DNA from: a bacterium
Lineage (GTDB): Bacteria > Zhuqueibacterota > Zhuqueibacteria > Residuimicrobiales > Krinioviventaceae
Reading direction: 5' to 3'
Assembly (NCBI GenBank): GCA_963675755.2
Contig: CAXXMD010000003.1
Coordinates: forward strand, 384,001-448,000
DNA: 64,000 nt
Shown here: piece by piece, positions 47,235 to 56,844 of the stretch
Layout: each line of letters starts with the position of its first letter
Position numbering within the stretch: position 1 is the stretch's first letter
Translations under genes and position numbers: made by a program
Notes under the pieces: model-generated
Database searches by the model: none
What the model was told of the DNA's origin: nothing
Seen by the model: only the letters and a program-made list of their open reading frames with translations

Positions 47235-49346
47235 ATGCAGTATCAATACACTCCATTTACATTTTTTTTGCTAATCTCATTCACCATTTCTTTTTTCATT
47301 TTTATCTATATAGCCCGAAAAGCATCAACAACCGGCAGAATACCGTTTTCAATTTTCATGTTTAGTTCAGCGCTTTGGTCACTTGCCTATGCGGGTGAAT
47401 TATCAAGCGCAAATATTGAAGCAAAATGGGCGTGGTTTATGTTACAAGCGGTTGGATTCCTGACACTTCCTGTTGCATATTTATATTTTGCTAAAATATT
47501 TATTGACAAAAAAAGCTTTAACAAATATCTGAATATCATTTTCATTTCTATTCCTGTTATTGTCTTTATCTTTGTAATAACCAATTCTTTTCATCACTTT
47601 TACATCACCCGTCTTGAGCTGTTTCAAAACAGATCATATATAGATATGCACATATTCTATGGTCCTGTTTTCTGGTTTCAAATTGTCTTTAGTTACAGCA
47701 CAGCATTATATGTCTTTTTTAAATTCATACGTGCATACTATACAAGCATGCATCTTTATAAAAAACAGGCAATTGCCTTACTCCTGGCAGGAACAATTCC
47801 TGTTGTTTCCAGTTCATTTTCAATTATTGGATTCAATCCCTACAATGTGGAATATGCTACATTTATATTTTCCATCACCGGAATTATTATTATTTTTGGT
47901 TTATATCAGTACCGCTTGTTGGATATTATTCCGGTTGCTCGCAACCAGATTGTAGAAATTATGGAGGAAGCAGTTCTGGTTTTTGATTCTGAAAAGAGAT
48001 TAATCGATTTTAATACCAGGGCTTCAGAAATATTCAATTTAACCAAAATCAAATCTATTGGAGTTCATTTCGAAACAGAATTTGCCAACTGGCCTCCTTT
48101 TGTGAATTGCCTAAAGAAAAACAACTTTACGAGCGGTATTGTGGAATGCAACCGGCATGATAAAGGATCTGGCAAGGCTAAATATTATGATATAAAAATT
48201 TCAAAAATTCGCACACAATCTGATAAAATCAATGCATACATCCTGGTAATGCACGATATTACCGAGCGAAAACAGGAATCGCAATTGCTCAAAATATCAC
48301 AGCAGGAGCTCAAAAAAATCGTCAAAACCCGAACCAATGCCTTACAGGAAGCAAACAAGGCATTGATCGAAAGTGAAGAAAAAATGTTCCAGTTTATTGA
48401 TTCTGCCACAGAAGTGTTTATGGTCTGGAACCAGAATTTTGAGCTATTGTTAATTAATCGCCTGGGCATTCAAATTTTTGCACCAGGCGCAAAACGAATG
48501 GATCTTTATAAAAAACCAATTCAAGAAATTTTTGTAAATAAAATTGATGAAAAGCTACTCAATAAATATAAAAACGTTCTTGAAACAGGTATCCCCTTTT
48601 CATATGATGAAACAATTAACGTTTTAAACAACAAAGAATACAATGTACAACTCCGTGTTTTTAAAACGGGTTCAGAGCTGGGAATGATACTCATTGACAT
48701 GACAGAACACATCAAATCTGCTCAAGAGTTGAATAATGCATTACACGAAAAAGAAGTTTTATTGAAAGAAATTCATCACCGTGTAAAAAATAACATGCAA
48801 GTCATATCCAGCCTGTTGAGTATTCAGGCAGCTAATATTACGGAACCCCATGCGTTGGAAGCATTTGAAGAAAGTAGAAACCGAATCCGTTCCATGGCCC
48901 TGATCCATGAATCTCTCTATCGTTCAGATAATCTTGCTCAAATCCATTTCGGGTATTATGTAGACAATCTCGCAAAAAGCCTTTACCGTTCAATGCAAAC
49001 AGATATGTCAAAAATCAATCTCAAGGTTAACATTTCAGATGTCTTTATTGATATTGCATCGGCTATCCCTTGTGGATTATTATTGAATGAATTGATCACA
49101 AACTCTTTAAAACACGCCTTTACAAATCTAAACAGTGGTGTTATCGCTATTCATTTTGAAAAACTTGATCATTCTTTCAAACTCGTATATCAGGATAATG
49201 GCAGAGGACTACCGGAAAATTTGGACATTGCACATTCAAACACCCTGGGTCTGGAGCTTGTGCAATCGTTAACAAAACAACTCAAAGGCACTCTTGATGT
49301 TCGTTCAGATAACGGTACAATATATGAATTGACCTTTCCATCATAA
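47235..49346 (+). CDS. HisKA_7TM, PAS and HisKA_2-type histidine kinase (no cognate regulator nearby)
   Basis: Seven N-terminal TMs, PAS (AVLVFDSEKRLIDFN..DITERK), EIHHRVKNNMQVISSLL, ELITNSLKHAF, DNGRGLP. Confidence 0.92.
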   Translation: MQYQYTPFTFFLLISFTISFFIFIYIARKASTTGRIPFSIFMFSSALWSLAYAGELSSANIEAKWAWFMLQAVGFLTLPVAYLYFAKIFIDKKSFNKYLNIIFISIPVIVFIFVITNSFHHFYITRLELFQNRSYIDMHIFYGPVFWFQIVFSYSTALYVFFKFIRAYYTSMHLYKKQAIALLLAGTIPVVSSSFSIIGFNPYNVEYATFIFSITGIIIIFGLYQYRLLDIIPVARNQIVEIMEEAVLVFDSEKRLIDFNTRASEIFNLTKIKSIGVHFETEFANWPPFVNCLKKNNFTSGIVECNRHDKGSGKAKYYDIKISKIRTQSDKINAYILVMHDITERKQESQLLKISQQELKKIVKTRTNALQEANKALIESEEKMFQFIDSATEVFMVWNQNFELLLINRLGIQIFAPGAKRMDLYKKPIQEIFVNKIDEKLLNKYKNVLETGIPFSYDETINVLNNKEYNVQLRVFKTGSELGMILIDMTEHIKSAQELNNALHEKEVLLKEIHHRVKNNMQVISSLLSIQAANITEPHALEAFEESRNRIRSMALIHESLYRSDNLAQIHFGYYVDNLAKSLYRSMQTDMSKINLKVNISDVFIDIASAIPCGLLLNELITNSLKHAFTNLNSGVIAIHFEKLDHSFKLVYQDNGRGLPENLDIAHSNTLGLELVQSLTKQLKGTLDVRSDNGTIYELTFPS

Positions 49347-49474
49347 TTTACCAAGCAAAACGTTTCCATCTGCCCCTGTAAAAAAAATTTTTCCACCTCT
49401 ATTTTTTTATATTTATTCTCCCTTTTTTTTATATATTATAATTCCCTTGTAATTCAACATTAAACGAGGTTTTC

Positions 49475-51487
49475 ATGAATCGCTCCACGTTCCTGTTAAT
49501 AACGTTCCTGCTATTTTCCTGCATACATGCCCAAACCCTCATCATCTATGGTGACAATGCCTCTGTTGTAGAAAAAAATGCAATAAACGATCTAAATATC
49601 GATATCACCAAAGTGTGTCAAAATGAATCTGTTATTATTTGTAAAGAATCTGATTTTCAAAAACAATCTCATTATACAAAAATCATCCTAGCCGGCACAA
49701 AGAAATCGCATAACATGCTCAAAGCCTTGTGCGATAGTAGTAGATTACAATTGTTAATGATGAATGACACACTCCCTGCTGAAACATTTCTCATTGAAAA
49801 AGTACGTATAACCTCTAAATCCAACATTCCCGTTTTGGCCATCATGGGAGCCGATGAACGCGGACTGTTTTATGGCGTATATGAATTTTCAAAACAGGTA
49901 TTGGGAATTGACGCACTGGAATTCTGGACAGGTAAAACCCCACTACCTCAAGACACCTTGTCTATCCCTGATTTAATCATTCGTGAAGACGCGCCCGTTT
50001 TCCCATTACGCGGCTATTTTGATAATGATAACGATATGCTGGCAAACTGGAAGGGACGCAAACTCGTCGTGGAATTTGACATCTGGCAGGAAATGATCAA
50101 CAGTCTGATGCGATTACGCTACAATTTTATCGACATACACGATCTGCTAGGACGTGCGGAATATTACAAAAGAGAATATTATACCAACATGGTTGAATAC
50201 CATACGGACCTTGAACTGGTTGAACAGGTTATCGATTATGCACACAGCAAAGGTATGTTGGTTCAGGTTCCCATGTATCTGGGGTGGGAGTTCCACCACA
50301 TCTCGGATGACCATCTTTGCTTGTCTGAGCATATGGACGAGTGGATGAAAATCTATCATTTTTACTTGAAAAAATCGCCATTGGGCAAGGCAGATTTGTT
50401 TTTACAGCGACCCCGTCATCCCTATTGGGATACAGCTTATAAATGCCCCAAAGAAAAACAAGCCGGAATTGAAACCGGCCCGCTCATGAACAAGATGTTT
50501 CAGGGGCTTTATAATATGATTATAGAGCACAATCCCAATGCAATTCTGTTTTGTGATCTGTGGAGTGAAGGACGGCCCATGTTCAATAGCGGTTCGTTTC
50601 AACCGGACCGTCATATCAAAATGCTTTGGGCTGATCACGGTTTTGCTGAATTTGGTGAATGGCCCGATGAAACACCCCGACGTAAATATAACTTTGGTAT
50701 ATACATTCACGCAGGTGTTTGGAAAAACCATGTATTACAAGATCCATACCCCGGCAGAATCAAAGAGGCATCATTGGAAGCCATGCAGCGGGAAATGACA
50801 AGCTGCTATCTGGTAAACGGTCAGGATTTTAAACATTTCATCCTTAATCTTGAAGCCTGTGCACTTGCAGCATGGGACCCGGTTCAATTTGATCCCGAGA
50901 AATTCTATACAGAATGGACTAGCCGTTATTTCAGTCCCCAGGCGTCTGGTTGTATTGTGGAGAGTTTAAAACTCTTGCACGAAGCCCATCAACCGGTTGG
51001 CGGGTATCGTGACATTACAGCAATGATTGAAACCATACTCAAAAACCTGGCGGACAAAAAGCTTGAAAAAGTTTCGTTAAAAGAAATTGCCTCTGCAGCA
51101 GGCTTAGCGGAAATGTCTTTACAAACAGCAGAAAACACATTGCCGGCAGTACCTGAAAGTTGCTTTTTGGTTTATGATGACCAGATCGTATTCCCCGCAA
51201 GAATTTATGAAATGAATCTGCGCTTGCTTCAGGCTACTGCATTGTATAACAATTTTTTGGTCGAACTCCAGAACCACCCCAATATGCCAGCAAGAACAGA
51301 GTTGTATGAGCAATACAGCTATGCATTACGAATGGCATTAATTTCTATCCGTAGCACCCTGACAGAAGGATCCATGTGGAAGAAATGGGAAGGCTGGACA
51401 AAACCCGAACATTTCAGGCTCTACAATCCCATGCCTCAGGTTGAATGGGTAGATGAGATCATCAACACCTGGCGAGAGACGCTCTAA
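49475..51487 (+). CDS. Secreted glycoside hydrolase, divergent GH115-like
   Basis: Signal peptide; GADERGLFYGVYEFS..LGIDALEFW; PVFPLRGYFDND; MLWADHGFA; FGIYIH. Confidence 0.62.
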   Translation: MNRSTFLLITFLLFSCIHAQTLIIYGDNASVVEKNAINDLNIDITKVCQNESVIICKESDFQKQSHYTKIILAGTKKSHNMLKALCDSSRLQLLMMNDTLPAETFLIEKVRITSKSNIPVLAIMGADERGLFYGVYEFSKQVLGIDALEFWTGKTPLPQDTLSIPDLIIREDAPVFPLRGYFDNDNDMLANWKGRKLVVEFDIWQEMINSLMRLRYNFIDIHDLLGRAEYYKREYYTNMVEYHTDLELVEQVIDYAHSKGMLVQVPMYLGWEFHHISDDHLCLSEHMDEWMKIYHFYLKKSPLGKADLFLQRPRHPYWDTAYKCPKEKQAGIETGPLMNKMFQGLYNMIIEHNPNAILFCDLWSEGRPMFNSGSFQPDRHIKMLWADHGFAEFGEWPDETPRRKYNFGIYIHAGVWKNHVLQDPYPGRIKEASLEAMQREMTSCYLVNGQDFKHFILNLEACALAAWDPVQFDPEKFYTEWTSRYFSPQASGCIVESLKLLHEAHQPVGGYRDITAMIETILKNLADKKLEKVSLKEIASAAGLAEMSLQTAENTLPAVPESCFLVYDDQIVFPARIYEMNLRLLQATALYNNFLVELQNHPNMPARTELYEQYSYALRMALISIRSTLTEGSMWKKWEGWTKPEHFRLYNPMPQVEWVDEIINTWRETL

Positions 51488-51496
51488 ACAATCATC

Positions 51497-53680
51497 TTAA
51501 AACCAGTGACCTATACATAGATATCCCTGCAAATCCTTTTCACGGTTATTGGATGCAATTGTAAATATTACAGGACCCAAAGGTGTATCCATTCCATATG
51601 AAAGACTGCCACTCCAAATCCGGCTTCCGTTTGATAAAAGTTCCTGATATCGATCATGGAATATACCCGCAGCGATTCCGGCTGATATGTATTGCTGCGC
51701 AAAAATTTGAAACTGTAATTCCGTTCTTCCAATGATTAAATTCCTTGCAGCTATCTCCATATAATCTAAGCCGGCGAATGGAAACATGTAATTTTCATAA
51801 TGATGATACCCGCCAAAATAAAACAATTGTTCAACCGGTACCATATCTCCACTGTGATAGCCTGTTACCAACTCGTATCTAAAGGCAGCTCTGCTTGTCA
51901 ATTTCCTTGCCCGCTTTAAATCCAGAAAATAACGCGCAAATGATTTGTCTAATGCTACCGGATCGTTCAGCATATGAAAATATTTGCCTTCCGCATGCAA
52001 TACCATTCCGGATACAGGAAAAACATCGTGATCAAATGTATCTACATCCAGTTCTAAACTGGTATTAAAATAATCATGTGTAACATCTTTGACAGACTTT
52101 TCAGAAACCACACTGGGATCCAAAACGGTACGCTGACGCTGAAAATTCAATCCGATGGAGGAACAATTGGTCAATATCGTTTTCAATTGCAGATCGGTAG
52201 TCATATTGAATAAATCGTAACGGGCTACACGTACATGATCTACAAAATTATCAAAATCACTTTCTTTTGCCCGTGCATCCATACCAAATCCTACTGCAGG
52301 TCTGAAAATGGTATGATAAAAATAATTTACACCCAGTTCACGGTTATGACCCAGTTTATTGTCTATAGACAATTTTGAACCATGTCCCAGCAAATTCCGA
52401 AAGGTAGCGTTTAGCAATATAGTTGCATCATGACGATTAGAGTAATTCAATCCAAAATTCAGCATATTGGTTGTATTTTCTACAACATACAAAACGAGAT
52501 TGGTCCCGTCGGATGTTGACTTTAATTGATATGTTACACGTTCAAATAATTGCGTACCATACAATCTATTTACGGCGGTTTCTATCTCTTCAGGTGTAAT
52601 CCGTTTTGGGACATCCATTCCAATATTTGAGGTTACTACATATTCGGGCACCCTTGACAATCCCAATACTTTAACATCCACAATATCAACAAACTGGATC
52701 TCGCTTGCCGGTGCGGAGATTCTGACGGGATCATCATATTTTTTCAGAGAATCGGCAAGTGCAGTGAGCTGCGGCAAAAACTCGCGGGCTTTCATTTCTC
52801 CATAATGGATCAAAGAATCCGCTTTAAAAAAGTCAAAAATGGTATAACCTTCAATATTCGGATAAATATAAAGATCGCACATGGGTAATTGTTCATCACG
52901 CTTTGCAACCGTTTGAAAATTTATTGTCTGGTTCAATATTTCAAAAAAAGAATCCAGTTCTTTTTGGGGAAATAAGGGATTTGTAACATCCACCGCAATG
53001 ATATAATCCGCACCCATATCCACAGCTTCCTGAACCGGTAAATTCCGTACAATACCGCCATCCACCAGCATTTTGCCTTGTATGCGCACCGGTGTAAAGA
53101 CCGAAGGGATCGCCATACTCGCACGGATCGCTTCTGGTAAATATCCGGATTTAAAGACATAGGGTTTTCCGGTTTCAATGTCCGTTGCCACACATCGAAA
53201 CGGTCGGGGGAAATCATCAAAATCTTCAACATGATGCATAGACCATGTCAACCGGGATAGCATTGCAGATACTTTTTGCCCCGCCATCAAACCGGTTGGT
53301 AAACCAATCTTGGTTCCGTATATGGGAAATCCACCCACATATCGCGACAATTCTGCTTTTTCCTGAATGGAAATTTCATGTCGGGTAAGATTGTCATTAA
53401 AAAGGTCTACCCAATTCTGTTCAAGAATAATCTTTTCTATCATTTCAGCGTTATAGCCAATGGCATATAATCCGCCAATAATAGAGCCCATACTGGTGCC
53501 ACTCACAACATCTATGGGAATACCCGCCTCTTCAAGCACTTTGATCACACCAATATGTGCAAAACCCTTTGCTCCACCGCCACTCAAAACCAACCCCACC
53601 CTGGGGCGTTCGGTTTGGGCGAAAGCTAAAAATGGCCCTAAAAAAACGATTACAAACAACACAAAGAATTTGTTTTTCAT
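51497..53680 (-). CDS. Patatin-like phospholipase with POTRA and Omp85-type barrel (PlpD/type Vd-like)
   Basis: LSGGGAKGFAHIG, GTSMG, LVDGG; POTRA region; C-terminal TPLGPV...IGHWF. Confidence 0.9.
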   Translation of the reverse strand: MKNKFFVLFVIVFLGPFLAFAQTERPRVGLVLSGGGAKGFAHIGVIKVLEEAGIPIDVVSGTSMGSIIGGLYAIGYNAEMIEKIILEQNWVDLFNDNLTRHEISIQEKAELSRYVGGFPIYGTKIGLPTGLMAGQKVSAMLSRLTWSMHHVEDFDDFPRPFRCVATDIETGKPYVFKSGYLPEAIRASMAIPSVFTPVRIQGKMLVDGGIVRNLPVQEAVDMGADYIIAVDVTNPLFPQKELDSFFEILNQTINFQTVAKRDEQLPMCDLYIYPNIEGYTIFDFFKADSLIHYGEMKAREFLPQLTALADSLKKYDDPVRISAPASEIQFVDIVDVKVLGLSRVPEYVVTSNIGMDVPKRITPEEIETAVNRLYGTQLFERVTYQLKSTSDGTNLVLYVVENTTNMLNFGLNYSNRHDATILLNATFRNLLGHGSKLSIDNKLGHNRELGVNYFYHTIFRPAVGFGMDARAKESDFDNFVDHVRVARYDLFNMTTDLQLKTILTNCSSIGLNFQRQRTVLDPSVVSEKSVKDVTHDYFNTSLELDVDTFDHDVFPVSGMVLHAEGKYFHMLNDPVALDKSFARYFLDLKRARKLTSRAAFRYELVTGYHSGDMVPVEQLFYFGGYHHYENYMFPFAGLDYMEIAARNLIIGRTELQFQIFAQQYISAGIAAGIFHDRYQELLSNGSRIWSGSLSYGMDTPLGPVIFTIASNNREKDLQGYLCIGHWF

Positions 53681-53827
53681 ACTCTCCCCGGAATTTTGAT
53701 AAATTATACAACCAATTTATCAGATTATCAAGCATGTTTTGAAAAATTTTAAATTAATCTACATGTTTTTTCATATAAATTATTATTTTAAATCTATTAT
53801 TGAATTCATTCAATCTATGAGAAAATT

Positions 53828-55318
53828 ATGAAGCAGATATTTGGATTTCTTGTTTTATTTCTCCTTCTGTTCCTCTGTAACCTCTATGCAGCAGACAGGC
53901 CGCAATGGGGCGAGCAATACTCACGCAATATGGTATCACAGGAAACCAATTTGCCGGATCAGTTTGATCCCCTAACGGGTAAAAATATAAAATGGAAAGC
54001 CAAACTCGGCAAACAAACCTACTCTACACCTGTAGTTAGTGGCGGCAAGATATTCATTGGTACCAACAATGAATATCCTCGCGATCCCCGGCATACCGGA
54101 GACAAGAGCATTCTGCTTTGCCTTGACGAAAAAGACGGCAGCCTGCTTTGGCAACTGGTTGTTCCCAAATTACCGTATGATATCTATTGGGACTGGCCCG
54201 GTGGCGGCATCAGCTCACCTGCCACAGTAGAAGGAGACAAGGTCTATCTGGTCAGCAGTCGTGGTGAGGTACTCTGCATGGATATTCATGGACAGGCTAA
54301 TGGTAATGACGGTCCATACAAAGACGAAGCATCTTTTGTTGTACCGAAAGGGACTGCACCCATACCACCGGGACCCAAAGATGCAGACATTCTCTGGATG
54401 TATGATATGGTGCATGAACAAAACATCCGTCAACATGATGCTGCTCACAGCTCCATCCTCATCAAAGGCGATTATCTATATATAAATACCAGCAATGGCG
54501 TAGACAATACCCATGCAGTCATCCGCTCACCACAGGCGCCCAGCCTGATCGTGCTGGACAAACGAACAGGCAAGCTTGCAGCCAGAGACAACGAAGGCAT
54601 AGGGCCGCGAATTTTCCACAGCACCTGGTCATCTCCTGCGCTGGGTAACATTAATGGTCAAAACCAGCTATTTTTCGGTGGCGGCGATGGCCTTCTTTAC
54701 GCATTCAAAGAAATTGCAGCATCTTCTTCAACTCCCGCAACACTTGAAAAAATATGGTGGTACGATGGAGATCCTACCGCTCCCAAAGACAGTGTGCACA
54801 AGTATCTGAAAAACCGCAATATAAGTCCCAGCAACATTAAAAGCATGCCGGTGTTTTACAATAACAAAATCTATCTCACACTGGGCGGTGATATCTGGTG
54901 GGGCAAAAACCAATCCTGGATCCATTGCATAGATGCGACCGGCCAGGGAGATGTAACAACATCCGCGCAACGCTGGTCTGTTGAGCTCGGTAAACACTGC
55001 TGCTCCACTCCGTCTATTTACAACGGATTGGTATTCGTTGCCGATTGCAGCCGCTATGTTTACTGCCTGGATGCGGAAACCGGGAAACTACACTGGAAGC
55101 ATAAAACAGATGGTGACATGTGGGGATCAACTTTGGTTGCAGATAATAAAGTCTATATTGGAAACCGGCGCGGCAGCGTATGGGTATTTGCCGCAGATAA
55201 AAACAAAAAGGTCATTCATACAGCAGAATTTGACAGTGATATTAATCCCTCTCCGGTTGCCGCAAACGGAACACTTTATATAGCCACCATGGAGTATCTG
55301 TACGCAATCGCAGAATAG
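53828..55318 (+). CDS. PQQ-binding-like (BamB-like) beta-propeller protein, secreted
   Basis: PQWG..SRNMVS; repeated SxPxV/STP blades with Trp docking (GSLLWQ, GKLHWK). Confidence 0.85.
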   Translation: MKQIFGFLVLFLLLFLCNLYAADRPQWGEQYSRNMVSQETNLPDQFDPLTGKNIKWKAKLGKQTYSTPVVSGGKIFIGTNNEYPRDPRHTGDKSILLCLDEKDGSLLWQLVVPKLPYDIYWDWPGGGISSPATVEGDKVYLVSSRGEVLCMDIHGQANGNDGPYKDEASFVVPKGTAPIPPGPKDADILWMYDMVHEQNIRQHDAAHSSILIKGDYLYINTSNGVDNTHAVIRSPQAPSLIVLDKRTGKLAARDNEGIGPRIFHSTWSSPALGNINGQNQLFFGGGDGLLYAFKEIAASSSTPATLEKIWWYDGDPTAPKDSVHKYLKNRNISPSNIKSMPVFYNNKIYLTLGGDIWWGKNQSWIHCIDATGQGDVTTSAQRWSVELGKHCCSTPSIYNGLVFVADCSRYVYCLDAETGKLHWKHKTDGDMWGSTLVADNKVYIGNRRGSVWVFAADKNKKVIHTAEFDSDINPSPVAANGTLYIATMEYLYAIAE

Positions 55319-55582
55319 CAGATACTTCCGGGGGGATTTTAATAACAGATCAACAGAAATTCACGCCTTGTTACATGTTTTAAGATATGTACATACAAAC
55401 CAATGATTTTTTCAAAACCAATAATACAAATACGTTTACAATCAAGATTTCATCTCTAATATTCGTGCTCAAGTCTAATTTTGAGAAAAATACCCACTTC
55501 CGAAACAAAAAAAATGCATTTTTTTACACTTTTTTACATGTTTTTAAAATAAAGTTGTAACTTTTTAAAATTTTATTCGTTA

Positions 55583-55606
55583 TATTAGTAGTACGAACTA
55601 CTAATA
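55583..55606. promoter_or_regulatory. Probable TrmB autoregulatory operator
   Basis: TATTAGTAGT-ACGA-ACTACTAATA, perfect 10-bp inverted repeat ending 13 bp before the ATG. Confidence 0.7.
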
Positions 55607-55619
55607 CGAGGCGCAGTGC

Positions 55620-56510
55620 ATGGATCAGGAAACAGGCATAGTATCATTAATGGATCTGGGTTTTACCCGATTGGAAGCGGAAATATACACCTTTTTGGTG
55701 CAGAATCCGCCTTCTACCGGCTACCGGATCGCGCAGGCAATAGGCAAGCCTGCAGCTAATGTATACAAAGCCTTACAAACCCTGGAACTCAAGGGCGCTT
55801 TACTGATCGATGAATCAGAAAATCGCATGTGCCGCGCTATAGAATATACAGAATTGCTGGACCGTATGGAACGGCAGTTCACAGACAGTAAGAACAAAGC
55901 TTCGGCCTCTTTGGCATCTTTGAGAACAGAAGATAATGATGATCGGGTGTATCAGGTCAAAACCCGCGAACAGGTACTTGAACGCTGTCGCAACATGCTG
56001 GAAACAGTTCAGGAAATCATCATTATTGATGCATATCCGGAAATGCTGGAGATGCTAAAACCGGATATAAACAAAGCAATCAAACGCGGCGTCAATGTGG
56101 CTGTCAACGCGTACCAGCCCGTTTCCATTCCGGGAGTAGAACTGTTTGACCGCCCCGATGGTGAGCGCTTTATGCGACGCTGGCCGGGATACTGGATCAA
56201 TATTATCAAAGACGGTGAAGAATACATTATCGCATTTTTCGACCGCAAAGGCGAGGTTGTTCAGGCTGTCTGGAGCAGCAGTCCCTATTTATCATGGGTT
56301 TATTATTCTGCGCTGCTCTCTGAACTGCAGCTGGTTGCCTTGAAAAACAATATACTCAGAGGCACAGATTGCAGTAAATTGCTAGAGATCATTGACAATT
56401 ATGATAAATTTTTCACACTCGAGGCATTGGGTTATAAAAAACTGAAAAAACGATTTGCTGAAATTGCGGGCGTTGACCCGGATATTGATAACAGCATTTA
56501 CACATACTGA
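55620..56510 (+). CDS. TrmB-family transcriptional regulator
   Basis: LGFTRLEAEIYTFL..TGYRIAQAIG..NVYKALQTLELKG winged helix plus C-terminal effector domain. Confidence 0.9.
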   Translation: MDQETGIVSLMDLGFTRLEAEIYTFLVQNPPSTGYRIAQAIGKPAANVYKALQTLELKGALLIDESENRMCRAIEYTELLDRMERQFTDSKNKASASLASLRTEDNDDRVYQVKTREQVLERCRNMLETVQEIIIIDAYPEMLEMLKPDINKAIKRGVNVAVNAYQPVSIPGVELFDRPDGERFMRRWPGYWINIIKDGEEYIIAFFDRKGEVVQAVWSSSPYLSWVYYSALLSELQLVALKNNILRGTDCSKLLEIIDNYDKFFTLEALGYKKLKKRFAEIAGVDPDIDNSIYTY

Positions 56511-56550
56511 ATTTAACACCAACAAAAAAATCACACAACTCTACCAACAA

Positions 56551-56590
56551 GCGGCTTCCCGGTAAAATCACACAACCGGGGAGCCGTTTT
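56551..56590 (+). terminator. Terminator after trmB-like gene
   Basis: GCGGCTTCCCGGT-loop-ACCGGGGAGCCGT-TTT. Confidence 0.75.
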
Positions 56591-56606
56591 GCTTTTCAAG
56601 CCTGTT

Positions 56607-56690
56607 ATAGAACACGAATCACACAAAAACAAAAATATGCACATCTTTTATTCGTGATCATCCGAATCATTCGTGTTATCTATGTTCTAT
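56607..56690. repeat. Short non-coding inverted-repeat element built from CACGAAT/ATTCGTG units
   Basis: ATAGAACA/TGTTCTAT termini; AACACGAAT (56611-56619) pairs with ATTCGTGTT (56669-56677). Confidence 0.55.
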
Positions 56691-56844
56691 TGTATAAACT
56701 TTTGAAATCCGCTTTTATCGTAATAAATTATACAATGAAAAAAAATCTACACTTTTATTCATAAAAATCCGTAAATTATCAGTCTGTAATTGTTATGAAA
56801 GAAACCGGCAAGTCCGGTAGACATAAAGGAGTTAATATTATATT

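Noticed and set aside
53828-55318. PQQ-dependent dehydrogenase or true BamB
   Set aside because: Only the propeller repeats are evident; there is no lipobox, adjacent-Cys active-site context or bam operon.
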